From positions 4,363-68,362 of the forward strand of contig QKCL01000013.1 in the NCBI GenBank assembly GCA_003246895.1: a stretch of 64,000 nucleotides of DNA. Reading direction: 5' to 3'. Both the position numbers and the translations under genes were made by a program. Of the stretch, positions 39,363 to 49,581 are shown piece by piece; the stretch's first letter is position 1; each line of letters starts with the position of its first letter. The DNA comes from Spirochaetota bacterium (lineage in GTDB: Bacteria; Spirochaetota; UBA4802; UBA5550). The notes beneath the pieces are model-generated. The model ran no database searches. It saw only the letters and a program-made list of their open reading frames with translations, and was not told the DNA's origin.

Positions 39363-40193
39363 TTGGAAGAACTCTCCTCCATAATAAAAACCAAAACCGA
39401 AAAACTGCACAGCATTATTTTACCCTTAAAAAAAGTATGTATTGCCTTTTCAGGCGGTGTGGACAGTTCCCTCATCGTGGAAACATGCAGAAATATAAAT
39501 ATACCCTTTCTTGCTGTTTCTGTGAAAAGCGAATTTCTTTCGGAAGCTGAAGAGAAAAACATTGTTGCGGCAGTTAACAAATACTGTTTTAACCATAAGT
39601 GGATTGAGGCATCACTCCTTCAGAATTCGGATGTATCATCTAATCCGGAACTGAGATGCTACCACTGCAAAAAACTGATTTTTAAAAAAATTGCCCTTGC
39701 AGCTGCCCAATATGGTACTGACAAAATACTCGAAGGGAGCCATTCAGATGACCTTGAAGACTACCGGCCTGGATCGGCAGCAATTAAGGAACTCGCTATA
39801 ACAAGTCCCCTTGCACTGGCCGGTTTTACAAAGCAGGAAATACGTGACCTTGCCAGATATTACGGCCTTGATAACTGGAACAAACCTTCCATGCCGTGTC
39901 TGGCCACAAGAATTCCCTACAACACTCCAATTACAGAAAAAAAATTGAAGGAGATTGAAGTTGCCGAAAATTTTTTGTTTTCACTTGGATTCAAAACCGC
40001 AAGGGTAAGGCATCACGGGACAGTTGCAAGAATCGAGGTTGATGAATCTGACTTTTACAAGGTTCTCAGTCCGGGAACAAGAGCCGAAATAACGGCCAGA
40101 CTTAAAGAAACCGGTTTTGAATATGTTTCTCTCGATATTGAAGGATACAGATCCGGCAGTATGAACCGTGAAATAAACAGTAATCCCCAATGA
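39363..40193 (+). CDS. larE: LarE-family ATP-dependent sulfur transferase
   Basis: PP-loop AFSGGVDS, RCYHCK, DYRPG, PCLATRIPY, RVRHHG, GYRSGSMN. Confidence 0.9.
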   Translation: MEELSSIIKTKTEKLHSIILPLKKVCIAFSGGVDSSLIVETCRNINIPFLAVSVKSEFLSEAEEKNIVAAVNKYCFNHKWIEASLLQNSDVSSNPELRCYHCKKLIFKKIALAAAQYGTDKILEGSHSDDLEDYRPGSAAIKELAITSPLALAGFTKQEIRDLARYYGLDNWNKPSMPCLATRIPYNTPITEKKLKEIEVAENFLFSLGFKTARVRHHGTVARIEVDESDFYKVLSPGTRAEITARLKETGFEYVSLDIEGYRSGSMNREINSNPQ

Positions 40194-40351
40194 ACCTTTA
40201 ACTTGTTTTAATGAAGGAGAGATCCACGGGTGAACATGTTCATAAACATGCCACCGTATACACTTAGAGTCCCCTGAATACCGGAGAAATTAACATTATC
40301 TATGAGGATCGGATAGTATGCGGAACCGGAACAATAAAAACACACTGCAAT

Positions 40352-41830
40352 TCATGAAGGAAATAAGTCACTGTATATTTTTTTAACATTTTCGTGCAGG
40401 GCGGCAAGCGCTTCCAGTCCTTCTATTTTAAAATACTCAAGAGTTGATATATCGATATATGAATAATAGTATTTCCTCTCTTCAACCCCGCATAAAAGAT
40501 TTGCGAGATTGACCAGGTATGTAACTGCCGAATATTCCTCATCTATTAGACTGGGTGTGTGGTGATTTCCGATTGTTTCTATAAGATACTGCGGGAGATT
40601 CCATTTTTCAGAAATGACCCTTCCAATCTCTGAATGACTTATTCCGATTGAAATCTCCTCCATAACTGTTGTAGTAACTATCTGTCTGTCTCTGATAATG
40701 TCTGCAATCATCTGCAGTGATTTCATATCAACAGCTAGCAGTATTACCTTTCCAAGATCATGAAGCAGGCCCGCAAGAAATGCATTTTCTCCGTCTTTTT
40801 TCAGGTTATATATCCCTGAGATAATTCTGGAGTATGCCGCAACCTTGTTGCAGTGTTCCCATATCTCCTCAAATTTATCATACCTGCTTTCAAGAATCTT
40901 CCTGGCACTTGTTGCAATGAGTATTGACTGAAGGTTTTTTATACCTATTGTCATAATTGCAGGTTCTATTTCCGCCACCCTGGAAGAACATATGAAACCA
41001 GCTGAATTCGCCATTTTAATAACATCTGCCGATACTGAAAGATCGTGCTCAATCTTTTCAGCAAGTTCCTTAATGGATACATCACTGTTCCTGCACATTT
41101 CCATAAGTTCTATAATATTTTGGGGGAATGTAGGAATTCCGTCAATCTGCTGGAGAATCAGGTCCTTGATTTTATTGGAAACTTCAATGGGCCTCACGCT
41201 GCAGGGGATAAACAGTGAGGCAACTGTCTCATTTCCAACAGACTTTATTGAGAACGAATTGTTTGAAAGCCCCATATTCCTCATACACATGAGAATGAGC
41301 ACCAGTCCAAGTCCCGCACCCTCCTTTTCATCACCCATTTTTTCAAAAATATCAACAAGATTATCATTTTCCATGGCTACTGCGATCCTCTGGTTTATCC
41401 TTGTCACTTCCTCAGGCAGAATAACCGAATTATTCGCCACTTCAAATATTAAACCTTCAGAGGAATTCTTCACAGTGAGGGATATGTGCATGTCATATTC
41501 CTTAAGAAAATCATGAATCAGTTCAAAATCACCTATAATTGTCTCTCTGAAAAGATTCATTCCCATTTCATAATCCTCATCACTGGATATATCCAGACCG
41601 TTCATTTCAAAAAAGACCCTCTTTGCATTAGCCTTGAGGGAATTGATTATGAGTTCGCGGATTATTGTGAGGACGGAATAAAGAAAATATAATTTATCAT
41701 ATCTGGCAAGAACACCTGCGACTATGGTATTTATTCTGTTATTTGTTTTTTCATTTATAAATTTGAACCTGAATTTAATGTCCTTCTTCAGATTGATTCG
41801 CTTCATGATTTCATTAAAATTGATGTTCAT
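40352..41830 (-). CDS. HDOD domain protein with N-terminal HATPase-like domain
   Basis: RELIINSLKAN and GAGLGL in the N-half. IPTFP, ANSA, IWEHC, AGLLHDLGK, HSEIG..I..KWNLP. Confidence 0.9.
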   Translation of the reverse strand: MNINFNEIMKRINLKKDIKFRFKFINEKTNNRINTIVAGVLARYDKLYFLYSVLTIIRELIINSLKANAKRVFFEMNGLDISSDEDYEMGMNLFRETIIGDFELIHDFLKEYDMHISLTVKNSSEGLIFEVANNSVILPEEVTRINQRIAVAMENDNLVDIFEKMGDEKEGAGLGLVLILMCMRNMGLSNNSFSIKSVGNETVASLFIPCSVRPIEVSNKIKDLILQQIDGIPTFPQNIIELMEMCRNSDVSIKELAEKIEHDLSVSADVIKMANSAGFICSSRVAEIEPAIMTIGIKNLQSILIATSARKILESRYDKFEEIWEHCNKVAAYSRIISGIYNLKKDGENAFLAGLLHDLGKVILLAVDMKSLQMIADIIRDRQIVTTTVMEEISIGISHSEIGRVISEKWNLPQYLIETIGNHHTPSLIDEEYSAVTYLVNLANLLCGVEERKYYYSYIDISTLEYFKIEGLEALAALHENVKKIYSDLFPS

Positions 41831-41994
41831 TCAAATACCGTAAAATTGCATAATCCAAAACACCATAACCGGCCAGATAAAAATATCTTGCTCTTTAAAA
41901 CAACATGATGTTATATATACTTTAATATATTTGACAAAATTTTGCTACTAAAATATTCATAAAGTGCATCAAATTATACTGGAGTTTTAAGGAA

Positions 41995-42954
41995 ATGCAG
42001 ATCAGACTCTGGGGAGTGAGAGGCTCACTTCCGTCACCAATAAACAATCATGAATACAGGGGAAAACTCAAAAGGGTTCTTCAATCTGCAGTTGAAAAAA
42101 AACTCAGTTCTGCAGACGACATTGATTCATTTATGGACAGTCTGCCCGACGAGATCGGTCATGTATTTGGCGGAGACACAACATGCGTTTCAGTAAGATC
42201 CAATTCAGGAAATATATATATTCTTGATGCGGGAACAGGTATCAGGCGCCTTGGAGATGAACTTATGGAAGGCGACTGCGGCAAAGGCAAGGGGACTGTA
42301 AACATACTCTTTACACATAATCACTGGGATCATATTCAGGGGCTCCCGTTTTTCCGTCCCATTTACGTTCCTGGTAACACTTTGAATATATATTCACCCT
42401 ACCCTGATCAGAAAAAGCATCTTGAAAACCAGATGAATCCTCCCCATTTCCCTGCGAAATTTGAAGACACACTGTCAGCCAAGAATTATCATCTTCTGGA
42501 CAGATCTCCTTCAAAAGTTGTCGAACTTGAAGATGACCTTAAAGTAAGTATATATCCCCTGAAGCACCCACAGGGATGCTATGCCTATAAATTCTGCCAG
42601 GCAGGTAAGACATTCATATTTGCAACCGATACGGAATTTACAGGTGAAATTATAGAAAACATCGATTCAAAAACAGATTTCTTTAAAAATGCCGATCTCC
42701 TCATTCTAGACTCACAGTATACCCTTAACGAAGCCTTCCTGAAAGTAGACTGGGGACATACAAGCTATACCATGGCTGTAAACTGCGCCATAAACTGGAA
42801 TATAAAAACACTGCTCATGACACATCACGAACCTGCATATTCCGACGACATACTGCAGGAAAATTATAAACTTGCCTTGAGCCATGCGGACATGCTGAAT
42901 AACAGCACCACTAAAATACTCCTGGCAAGGGAGGGAATGATCTTTGATCTTTAG
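41995..42954 (+). CDS. MBL-fold metallo-hydrolase
   Basis: WGVRGS, GGDTTC, LDAGTG, THNHWDHIQG, HP, TDTE, WGH, THHEP. Confidence 0.92.
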   Translation: MQIRLWGVRGSLPSPINNHEYRGKLKRVLQSAVEKKLSSADDIDSFMDSLPDEIGHVFGGDTTCVSVRSNSGNIYILDAGTGIRRLGDELMEGDCGKGKGTVNILFTHNHWDHIQGLPFFRPIYVPGNTLNIYSPYPDQKKHLENQMNPPHFPAKFEDTLSAKNYHLLDRSPSKVVELEDDLKVSIYPLKHPQGCYAYKFCQAGKTFIFATDTEFTGEIIENIDSKTDFFKNADLLILDSQYTLNEAFLKVDWGHTSYTMAVNCAINWNIKTLLMTHHEPAYSDDILQENYKLALSHADMLNNSTTKILLAREGMIFDL

Positions 42955-43732
42955 AACACTGATCATATTCTGCATTTTCATATCCTGTACCGTTTCTCTG
43001 TACTCTCAACGTACTAAATCCAGTCTAAGTGCAGGTGAGCAGCGCCATGCGGAGAGATCACTCAAAAATGCACGGTACTTCATTGAATTCCTCGATTCCA
43101 CAGTTTCAAATTCAGGTACAGATGAAGAGAAAAATCTTTTTATTGAAGCAGTTAGACGAGATACAATCAGCCGTATCCTGTACATGAAATTTGCGTTTCA
43201 CGATTCATTTACTGAAACCAAAAAAAGCCACATCATAATAATTCAGCTCCTTCAGAAACTCATTGCCAGAGAAACATCCGGTGCCAGAGAACTTCTCAAT
43301 GATTTTGCCAGAGAAGTTTTCAAATCCGGAATAAGCCAGTCAAAAAAATACATTGCCCTGGGATACAGGTCTCTGAAATGGTCTGAGAAAACAGGCATAA
43401 TGGCGGATAATTTTACTGAGAGCAATTACTCCATAAGAATTTATGAATACATCACTGCATTGAAAAGGGCAAAATATGCCAAGAGATATGCAATACTGGC
43501 CATCATCCACTGCCGCATCGAACCCTGGCACAGACTGAAAGCGGACTATGGAAGTTTTGATAAAATACAGAATTACATTAATAAATATTTATCCGACATG
43601 AAAGATAAAATCACCCCCATTCACAGGGACAACTATTACATGCTGAACAATACATCACAGTATAAATATCTCATCAACAGCCCGGGGCTGGAGGAAATCC
43701 CGGAATACAAAGAATATCTCAGGAAGCTGTAA
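42944..43732 (+). CDS. Exported helical protein, possibly OmpL37-like
   Basis: Signal peptide. RYFIEFLDSTVSNSGTDEEK resembles recalled leptospiral OmpL37-family proteins. Confidence 0.6.
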   Translation: MIFRTLIIFCIFISCTVSLYSQRTKSSLSAGEQRHAERSLKNARYFIEFLDSTVSNSGTDEEKNLFIEAVRRDTISRILYMKFAFHDSFTETKKSHIIIIQLLQKLIARETSGARELLNDFAREVFKSGISQSKKYIALGYRSLKWSEKTGIMADNFTESNYSIRIYEYITALKRAKYAKRYAILAIIHCRIEPWHRLKADYGSFDKIQNYINKYLSDMKDKITPIHRDNYYMLNNTSQYKYLINSPGLEEIPEYKEYLRKL

Positions 43733-43735
43733 ATC

Positions 43736-46042
43736 ATGAAAATTAATTTTCCAACAACACTATTACTATCACTCATATTAATATCATGCGGCAAGGATAT
43801 TACAGGTGATGAACTGTCAAAATCCGGATTCTATTCCACCCCTGCAGGGATAATCTCTCAATTTTCAAACAAACAGTCACAGGACTATAGGATAAACTAC
43901 CTTTTAGGAAAGGCCTTTTTCGAGAAAAAGGACTACAAAAAGTCTATTTTTTATTTTGCAAACAGCTGCTTTAAGTCCAAACAGAATTTTAAACTGAGAC
44001 TATTCCCACAACCTGTTTATTCCTTTGTCGACGGATTCCATTTTAAAAGCCCCTATTATGATGATTCCATCTTTCATATATCAAAACTTTTTTACACATA
44101 CAGGGAATATAAATATGTTATAAAATTCATTGAACTCATGGACAGCTGCGACACTGCCCTTTACAGGGATGCAGTCATACTTAAATCCATGTGTCTGGAA
44201 AAACTCAACAGAGACAATGAAGCAGTTGAACTTCTGCGGAAGACACTGGAGAAATTCACTGATTCCGGATCATCGGCACTTATAAATATCAGAATCGCAT
44301 CCATTCTTGAAAAAAATAATAACTACAAAAGGGCTGCCGCTTCCTATCTGAACATACTAACCAAAGGTTCCGACAGATGGCATAACTCCCTTGCTGCTGA
44401 CCACATTCTCTATATGGTCAGGGAAAAAAAGGCAAAGTTCAGAGAAAAGGATCTGATCCTAACTGCAAAGGCTCTTGCAGATTCAAAAAAATATAAAAAT
44501 GCTTCTGAAATCATCGAATCAAAATTATCTGCATCGACTGGCCGTGAGATCGAATCACTTAAAATTTCTGTATACACAAACACTGCCCCGTCAAAGGCTG
44601 AATCACTTCTAAAACAGATGAAGGAGAAGACTTATTTTCAGTCATTAATGCTGGACTACGCCAATGCCCTCTGGGACAGAGGCAGTAAGGGAAGAGCGGT
44701 AACTCTCTACCGAGAAATTATAGATAGAGGAAAAGCGGACAAGGACATTGCAAGGAGAATTCTTACCCGCCTCTCCTACTACTATGATGACCGTAATAAC
44801 CCTCTGCTGGTGAACTACATGACCAAATATGCCGAACTGTTCCCAGGAGACAGCCAGACTCCCAAATTCTACTGGTTAATGGGAAGATACAATTTAAGAA
44901 AGACTTCAATAGAAAATGCCCTGAAATACTTTAACATAGTTATAGACAAATATCCGGAAAGCACCTACAGTGCAAACTCATCATACTGGAAACTAAGGAT
45001 TCTTAGAGCCTCAAAAAATCCGGCAGAAAAGGAACAGATAAAACTCCTTTCCGGTATGCACTACTACAATCCTTCATCTCCTTACACACTCAGGGAGATT
45101 GAGGCTCTGTCAGCCAATATGACAGGCCGGTCCATACTTGATAAATACAAGTCTGAAAAAAAGAAGGAGAATTACATGGGAATGCTCCTGTATACTTCAA
45201 TGCTTTTTATTAAAAACGGATACAGTGATGCTGTAAAGACCATGAAAAATGATTTTCCAGATAATTTTTCATCAAAATTTACAAAATTCCAGGAGATAAT
45301 AAACAAGGGGAAATACAGATCCTCCATGGAGAAAAAACTCATGGCTCTGGAAAAGTACTTTGCAGTTGGCGATGAGGATGCCATCAAAAATGAGATTTCC
45401 ATGATTGATAACGGTGAAGAGGACAGGGAATACGACATTGCCCTGACATATGCACTTTTCGGAAAAAAATATCACAATTTCTTTTTTAGTTCGTCATACT
45501 CTTTCAAAATAATAAACAGGGAGAAGGCAACGGAATATCTTCCCTTCATGGACAAAGCCACTGCCAGAATGCTCTATCCCGCAGCATTTATTGAATGCAT
45601 AAATTCCGCAGCCCGTGCATATGGACTCAAAAGATCGACCATACTTTCCATGATAAAGGCTGAATCATACTTTATTCCCGGTGCAGTATCGCCTGTGGGA
45701 GCCAGGGGACTTCTCCAGCTCATGCCTCCCACAGCATCAGGCATTGCCAAAAGTCTCAAAATCAGGAAATACGATCTTCTTGATCCATGCACATCAATCA
45801 AGTTCGGCGCTGACTATATAAAATGGCTTGAAAAATACTACAAAGGCCGAATCGAATACATGGTCGCCGCATACAACGCAGGAGCCGGTAATGTAAACAA
45901 CTGGATAAAAAAATACTCAGGAAAAGATATGGATTATTTTACTGAGTTCACACCTTTTAATGAAACAAGATATTATATATATAACACTCAAAAATTCAAG
46001 ATTCAGTACGAAAGCATTGATAAGGGAGGCCTGACTGATTAG
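43736..46042 (+). CDS. Soluble lytic transglycosylase (SLT) lipoprotein with TPR-like repeats
   Basis: Lipobox LISC, KAES catalytic Glu, GARGLLQLMP, AAYNAG, ETRYY. Confidence 0.92.
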   Translation: MKINFPTTLLLSLILISCGKDITGDELSKSGFYSTPAGIISQFSNKQSQDYRINYLLGKAFFEKKDYKKSIFYFANSCFKSKQNFKLRLFPQPVYSFVDGFHFKSPYYDDSIFHISKLFYTYREYKYVIKFIELMDSCDTALYRDAVILKSMCLEKLNRDNEAVELLRKTLEKFTDSGSSALINIRIASILEKNNNYKRAAASYLNILTKGSDRWHNSLAADHILYMVREKKAKFREKDLILTAKALADSKKYKNASEIIESKLSASTGREIESLKISVYTNTAPSKAESLLKQMKEKTYFQSLMLDYANALWDRGSKGRAVTLYREIIDRGKADKDIARRILTRLSYYYDDRNNPLLVNYMTKYAELFPGDSQTPKFYWLMGRYNLRKTSIENALKYFNIVIDKYPESTYSANSSYWKLRILRASKNPAEKEQIKLLSGMHYYNPSSPYTLREIEALSANMTGRSILDKYKSEKKKENYMGMLLYTSMLFIKNGYSDAVKTMKNDFPDNFSSKFTKFQEIINKGKYRSSMEKKLMALEKYFAVGDEDAIKNEISMIDNGEEDREYDIALTYALFGKKYHNFFFSSSYSFKIINREKATEYLPFMDKATARMLYPAAFIECINSAARAYGLKRSTILSMIKAESYFIPGAVSPVGARGLLQLMPPTASGIAKSLKIRKYDLLDPCTSIKFGADYIKWLEKYYKGRIEYMVAAYNAGAGNVNNWIKKYSGKDMDYFTEFTPFNETRYYIYNTQKFKIQYESIDKGGLTD

Positions 46043-46050
46043 ATTATTCT

Positions 46051-46731
46051 ATGGTAAAATATATCTTTATAATATTAATCTGTTTATTTTCCGCGGGTCA
46101 TGCAAAAAATGCTGAAATTTTCTGCGGGAGAATTGTGAATTATTCCGGGAAATGTTTACTGAACGGGACTTATATTTCGGAAGAAAAGACACTTTACATA
46201 AAGAGTAAAGATCTTGTATCCATAGCTCAGAATTCTTCAATGGACATATTACTAAATGACGGTACAGCATTAAGATTTCATGGCCCTGCATCAGCGGTAA
46301 TTGTCCATTCCAAATCCGGCCAGGGCGATCTCCCTACTTATATAAAAATCTTTTATGGGAGAATAAAGATCATACAGAGGAATTCATATCTCAAGCATTC
46401 ACTCACTGTCATAACAAAAAATTCCATCATTAAATCAGTAAATTCTTCATTTGATATGGTCTCTTCATTAAAAAAAGACATAATTCTTTCGAGAAGTGGA
46501 CAGTTCGGCATTGCAAATATAAAAGAGGTCCTCAACACTGCTCTTATAGTAAAATCAGGCTACCTCGTCACAGTGGATGAATCAGCCGCACCATATATTA
46601 CAGGATATCTGGAAAGAAAGAACAGAAAGTCCTGGATTTTTTCACACAGCATATCGGATAATAATGAACACATTACAGAATATAAAACAGAAAACGGCAT
46701 AGTGGAATGGATGCTTTCTCCGTTAAAATAA
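46051..46731 (+). CDS. FecR-like beta-domain exported protein
   Basis: Signal peptide, D.V.I...S.MDILLNDGTALRF, IFYGRI pattern. Confidence 0.7.
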   Translation: MVKYIFIILICLFSAGHAKNAEIFCGRIVNYSGKCLLNGTYISEEKTLYIKSKDLVSIAQNSSMDILLNDGTALRFHGPASAVIVHSKSGQGDLPTYIKIFYGRIKIIQRNSYLKHSLTVITKNSIIKSVNSSFDMVSSLKKDIILSRSGQFGIANIKEVLNTALIVKSGYLVTVDESAAPYITGYLERKNRKSWIFSHSISDNNEHITEYKTENGIVEWMLSPLK

Positions 46732-47522
46732 AAATTTCATATCCCTTCATCCTGTTGTCACTATTCCTTATTTCTTCATGCATAAGCGGAAACCTTTCTC
46801 AAGATGATGAAAAAAAAATCTCAAAAGAAATAGTTTCCATAAAAAATAAGTATCAGAAATCTGACTGGGAAGACAAAATCCGGCTCATTAAAAATATCGG
46901 TGAATATAAAAATAGTAAAAGCCACGATATTGTTCTTCAATTCTTACTTGAAGCACTGAGCAGGGAGCCGCATTCAAGGGTAAAAATTGAGGTTTTGAAG
47001 GAGCTTGAATACTTTAATGATGTAAAAATTATTCCCACTGTTTCTGAAACTGCCGATGACAACCCTGACAAAAATGTCAAATGGCATGCATATAGTCTTC
47101 TTGGTAAATTAGGCCATATTCAGGACAAACAGATATTTATTTCAGGTATTAAAAATACAGACTGGCTCGTCAGGGAGGCTGCACTTATTGCCATGCTGAA
47201 GGCCTCAACAGAGGATGAACAGAAAAATCTTAAGTCCTATATTATAAGCGGCCTTAAGTCCCACAGAATTTCAACTGTCATTTCAACCATGGAAAGTATT
47301 AAAATACAGGACAGGGAAATATTTGATATTCTTAAAAAAATGATATTTCAGAAAAATACCCCTCTTGAAATACTCAGAGGTGCCTTAAAGGGAATAAACG
47401 GTTACAGTCTTGATAGCGAAACAGAGGAAAAACTCAATGATCTGCTTCTCCATTGGGATAGCACTGTACGAATACTATCCCTGAGAGCCCTGAAGAAAAA
47501 TCAGCTTTTGCAGCAGATTTAA
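46707..47522 (+). CDS. HEAT-repeat lipoprotein
   Basis: Lipobox ISSC, repeats RVKIEVL, NVKWHA, LVREAA, TVRILS. Confidence 0.78.
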   Translation: MDAFSVKIKISYPFILLSLFLISSCISGNLSQDDEKKISKEIVSIKNKYQKSDWEDKIRLIKNIGEYKNSKSHDIVLQFLLEALSREPHSRVKIEVLKELEYFNDVKIIPTVSETADDNPDKNVKWHAYSLLGKLGHIQDKQIFISGIKNTDWLVREAALIAMLKASTEDEQKNLKSYIISGLKSHRISTVISTMESIKIQDREIFDILKKMIFQKNTPLEILRGALKGINGYSLDSETEEKLNDLLLHWDSTVRILSLRALKKNQLLQQI

Positions 47523-48289
47523 ATTTTCTTCTCCATTGAAGTATATATTTTATTTTCATTATCCTTCAGGTCTTTTTTATAATCAGGCTTGTAGTCCTCC
47601 TGAATCATTTTATCAATTTTATCATTGACCATTTGTTCATTCTTCTTTTTGTCCTTGTCAAGATTCATGGTTTCTCCATAAGCCTTGTACATAAGGAAAA
47701 GATTCTTTTTTGAAAGCCTGTAATAGTAAATGGAAGTTATTAGTTTATAGGCAGGACTGGATTTTTCCTCATTAACATACTTGAAATCGTCATAAATGGA
47801 ATTAGCCTTCTTGTAAGCGTATTTTGCATTATTAAGGTATTTCTCCATAACCATACTTGTGTGCTTGCCGTTTACTTCCATTTCAAGAGTAACCTTTATG
47901 CCTCTCTTAATGCTTTTGTTTAGAAAAGCAGTTGAATCATCACGGTACGACTTTGCAAGACGCCTTGCAACCTTGAAAATTTCCTTTTCATTTTCAGTAT
48001 ACTTTTTTGCAGCCTCGGAAACTTTATCCTGAAAATAAAGAGCACTTGCATCTGCATACTGGTCAATGAGTTTCTGGATCTCTGCATCTCCTCCGCCATA
48101 ATTCATAATGGCAGACCTTAAAAGTTTTATATTTCTGAAATTTTCGTAGCTGAGTCTTTTTACAACAGAAGTGGGCAGATACTTTTCGTTGATCTCCGCC
48201 TGATCAGATCCGCTCTGTGCCATGAGCGGACAAAATGAAGCTGTAAGTATAATAATAAATGATAAAAATGCCGAATTTACCTTAAACAT
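47519..48289 (-). CDS. Hypothetical exported helical protein
   Basis: Signal peptide ending LMA-Q, SD GGGGGT. Confidence 0.8.
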   Translation of the reverse strand: MFKVNSAFLSFIIILTASFCPLMAQSGSDQAEINEKYLPTSVVKRLSYENFRNIKLLRSAIMNYGGGDAEIQKLIDQYADASALYFQDKVSEAAKKYTENEKEIFKVARRLAKSYRDDSTAFLNKSIKRGIKVTLEMEVNGKHTSMVMEKYLNNAKYAYKKANSIYDDFKYVNEEKSSPAYKLITSIYYYRLSKKNLFLMYKAYGETMNLDKDKKKNEQMVNDKIDKMIQEDYKPDYKKDLKDNENKIYTSMEKKI

Positions 48290-48444
48290 AAATTACCCCC
48301 GCATGACTGCGTTTATATTTTATCTAAAATTACGTCTGTTTTCAGATTTTTTTTATTGAATGTATTATATAGTATTCACTAAATGGAGAAAGTCAAGAAA
48401 AAATGTAATATGCATTATAAAATAGTATTTTACTGGAGATATGG

Positions 48445-49581
48445 ATGAAAATCGCACTTTTGGAATCATCGGGAATCGACAATATAAAAAGAAAAATTTG
48501 CGGGCTCTATGTACTCGAAAGAAACATAATAGTTCTTTCACGGTCCGGCTTTGATAGGGTCATACTTAAACTGTCAGAAGAAGAACTTGATTTTTATGAA
48601 AGAAAGATAAAGAAGCATATTAAAATTTCAGGCTTTGAAGTCGAAGCCGATTTAAAGGCAACAGTGAAAAGCGGATATTATCTGCTACCTGCTGACATCT
48701 TTATACAGCAGCATTACTTTAATGACACAGATAAATACTTTGATAAAAAGAGCGGCAGGTTTATACCGAAAACCACGGATGAGATTTTCAAATTGGAAAA
48801 TGCTGATTCCATTAAAAAGGGAATTGACCTGATATCAAAATATATCATCGAAAACACAGGGGGATTCATTGCCCAGAAAGTGAACAAAAGAGTATCAATT
48901 CCCATAAGCAAAGTTCTCTCAAAAACAAGGATTCACCCCAACTATCTTACTATTGTAAACATGGTAATAGGACTCATGAGTTCATTTATGGTGTTTCTAT
49001 GCACCTATGACAGCTACAGTGTCACCGAGAAATATCTGCTTATGATTATGGGTGGGTTTCTATTCCAGGCTGCATCTGTCCTTGACGGAGTTGACGGAGA
49101 GGTTGCAAAGTTTACCCTGAAGGTCTCAAAACTGGGAGGCTGGCTTGACACATTGAGCGACAATTCGACGCTGCTGCTTTTTTTAATCTCTTCCTCATAC
49201 CTGTATTACACGGTTTTTGGAGGAATAGTTTCTCTCATTACAATAGGTGTTCTTTTCGCAGGCCTTGCCGTAATGCTCGGCATAATGGTAAGTTACCTGT
49301 CAAAATACAGCAATTCAGGTTCACTTGTAGCCTATGACAGGGAATTTCTTCAGAAGCTCCCGGAGAGTGACAGGCTGGTACAGTTTGCATTGAAAATGAA
49401 ATATATTACAAAAAAAGAGATGTTTTCAATATGCTTTTTTGCCATAGGACTTACAGGATATATTTATATGGTAATTCCCATGGCTTCATTTGTTCTGCTG
49501 GCGGCAGCACTGATACTCACGAGAATACATTTCAGGTATATAGGAGAGTTTGCAAAAGAACTGGCAAAATCTAGGAACTAG
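48445..49581 (+). CDS. CDP-alcohol phosphatidyltransferase with degenerate N-terminal nucleotidyltransferase-like domain
   Basis: HPNYLT, DGVDGEVAK...SKLGGWLD signature. N-terminus has KICGLYVLERNI...GF. Confidence 0.85.
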   Translation: MKIALLESSGIDNIKRKICGLYVLERNIIVLSRSGFDRVILKLSEEELDFYERKIKKHIKISGFEVEADLKATVKSGYYLLPADIFIQQHYFNDTDKYFDKKSGRFIPKTTDEIFKLENADSIKKGIDLISKYIIENTGGFIAQKVNKRVSIPISKVLSKTRIHPNYLTIVNMVIGLMSSFMVFLCTYDSYSVTEKYLLMIMGGFLFQAASVLDGVDGEVAKFTLKVSKLGGWLDTLSDNSTLLLFLISSSYLYYTVFGGIVSLITIGVLFAGLAVMLGIMVSYLSKYSNSGSLVAYDREFLQKLPESDRLVQFALKMKYITKKEMFSICFFAIGLTGYIYMVIPMASFVLLAAALILTRIHFRYIGEFAKELAKSRN

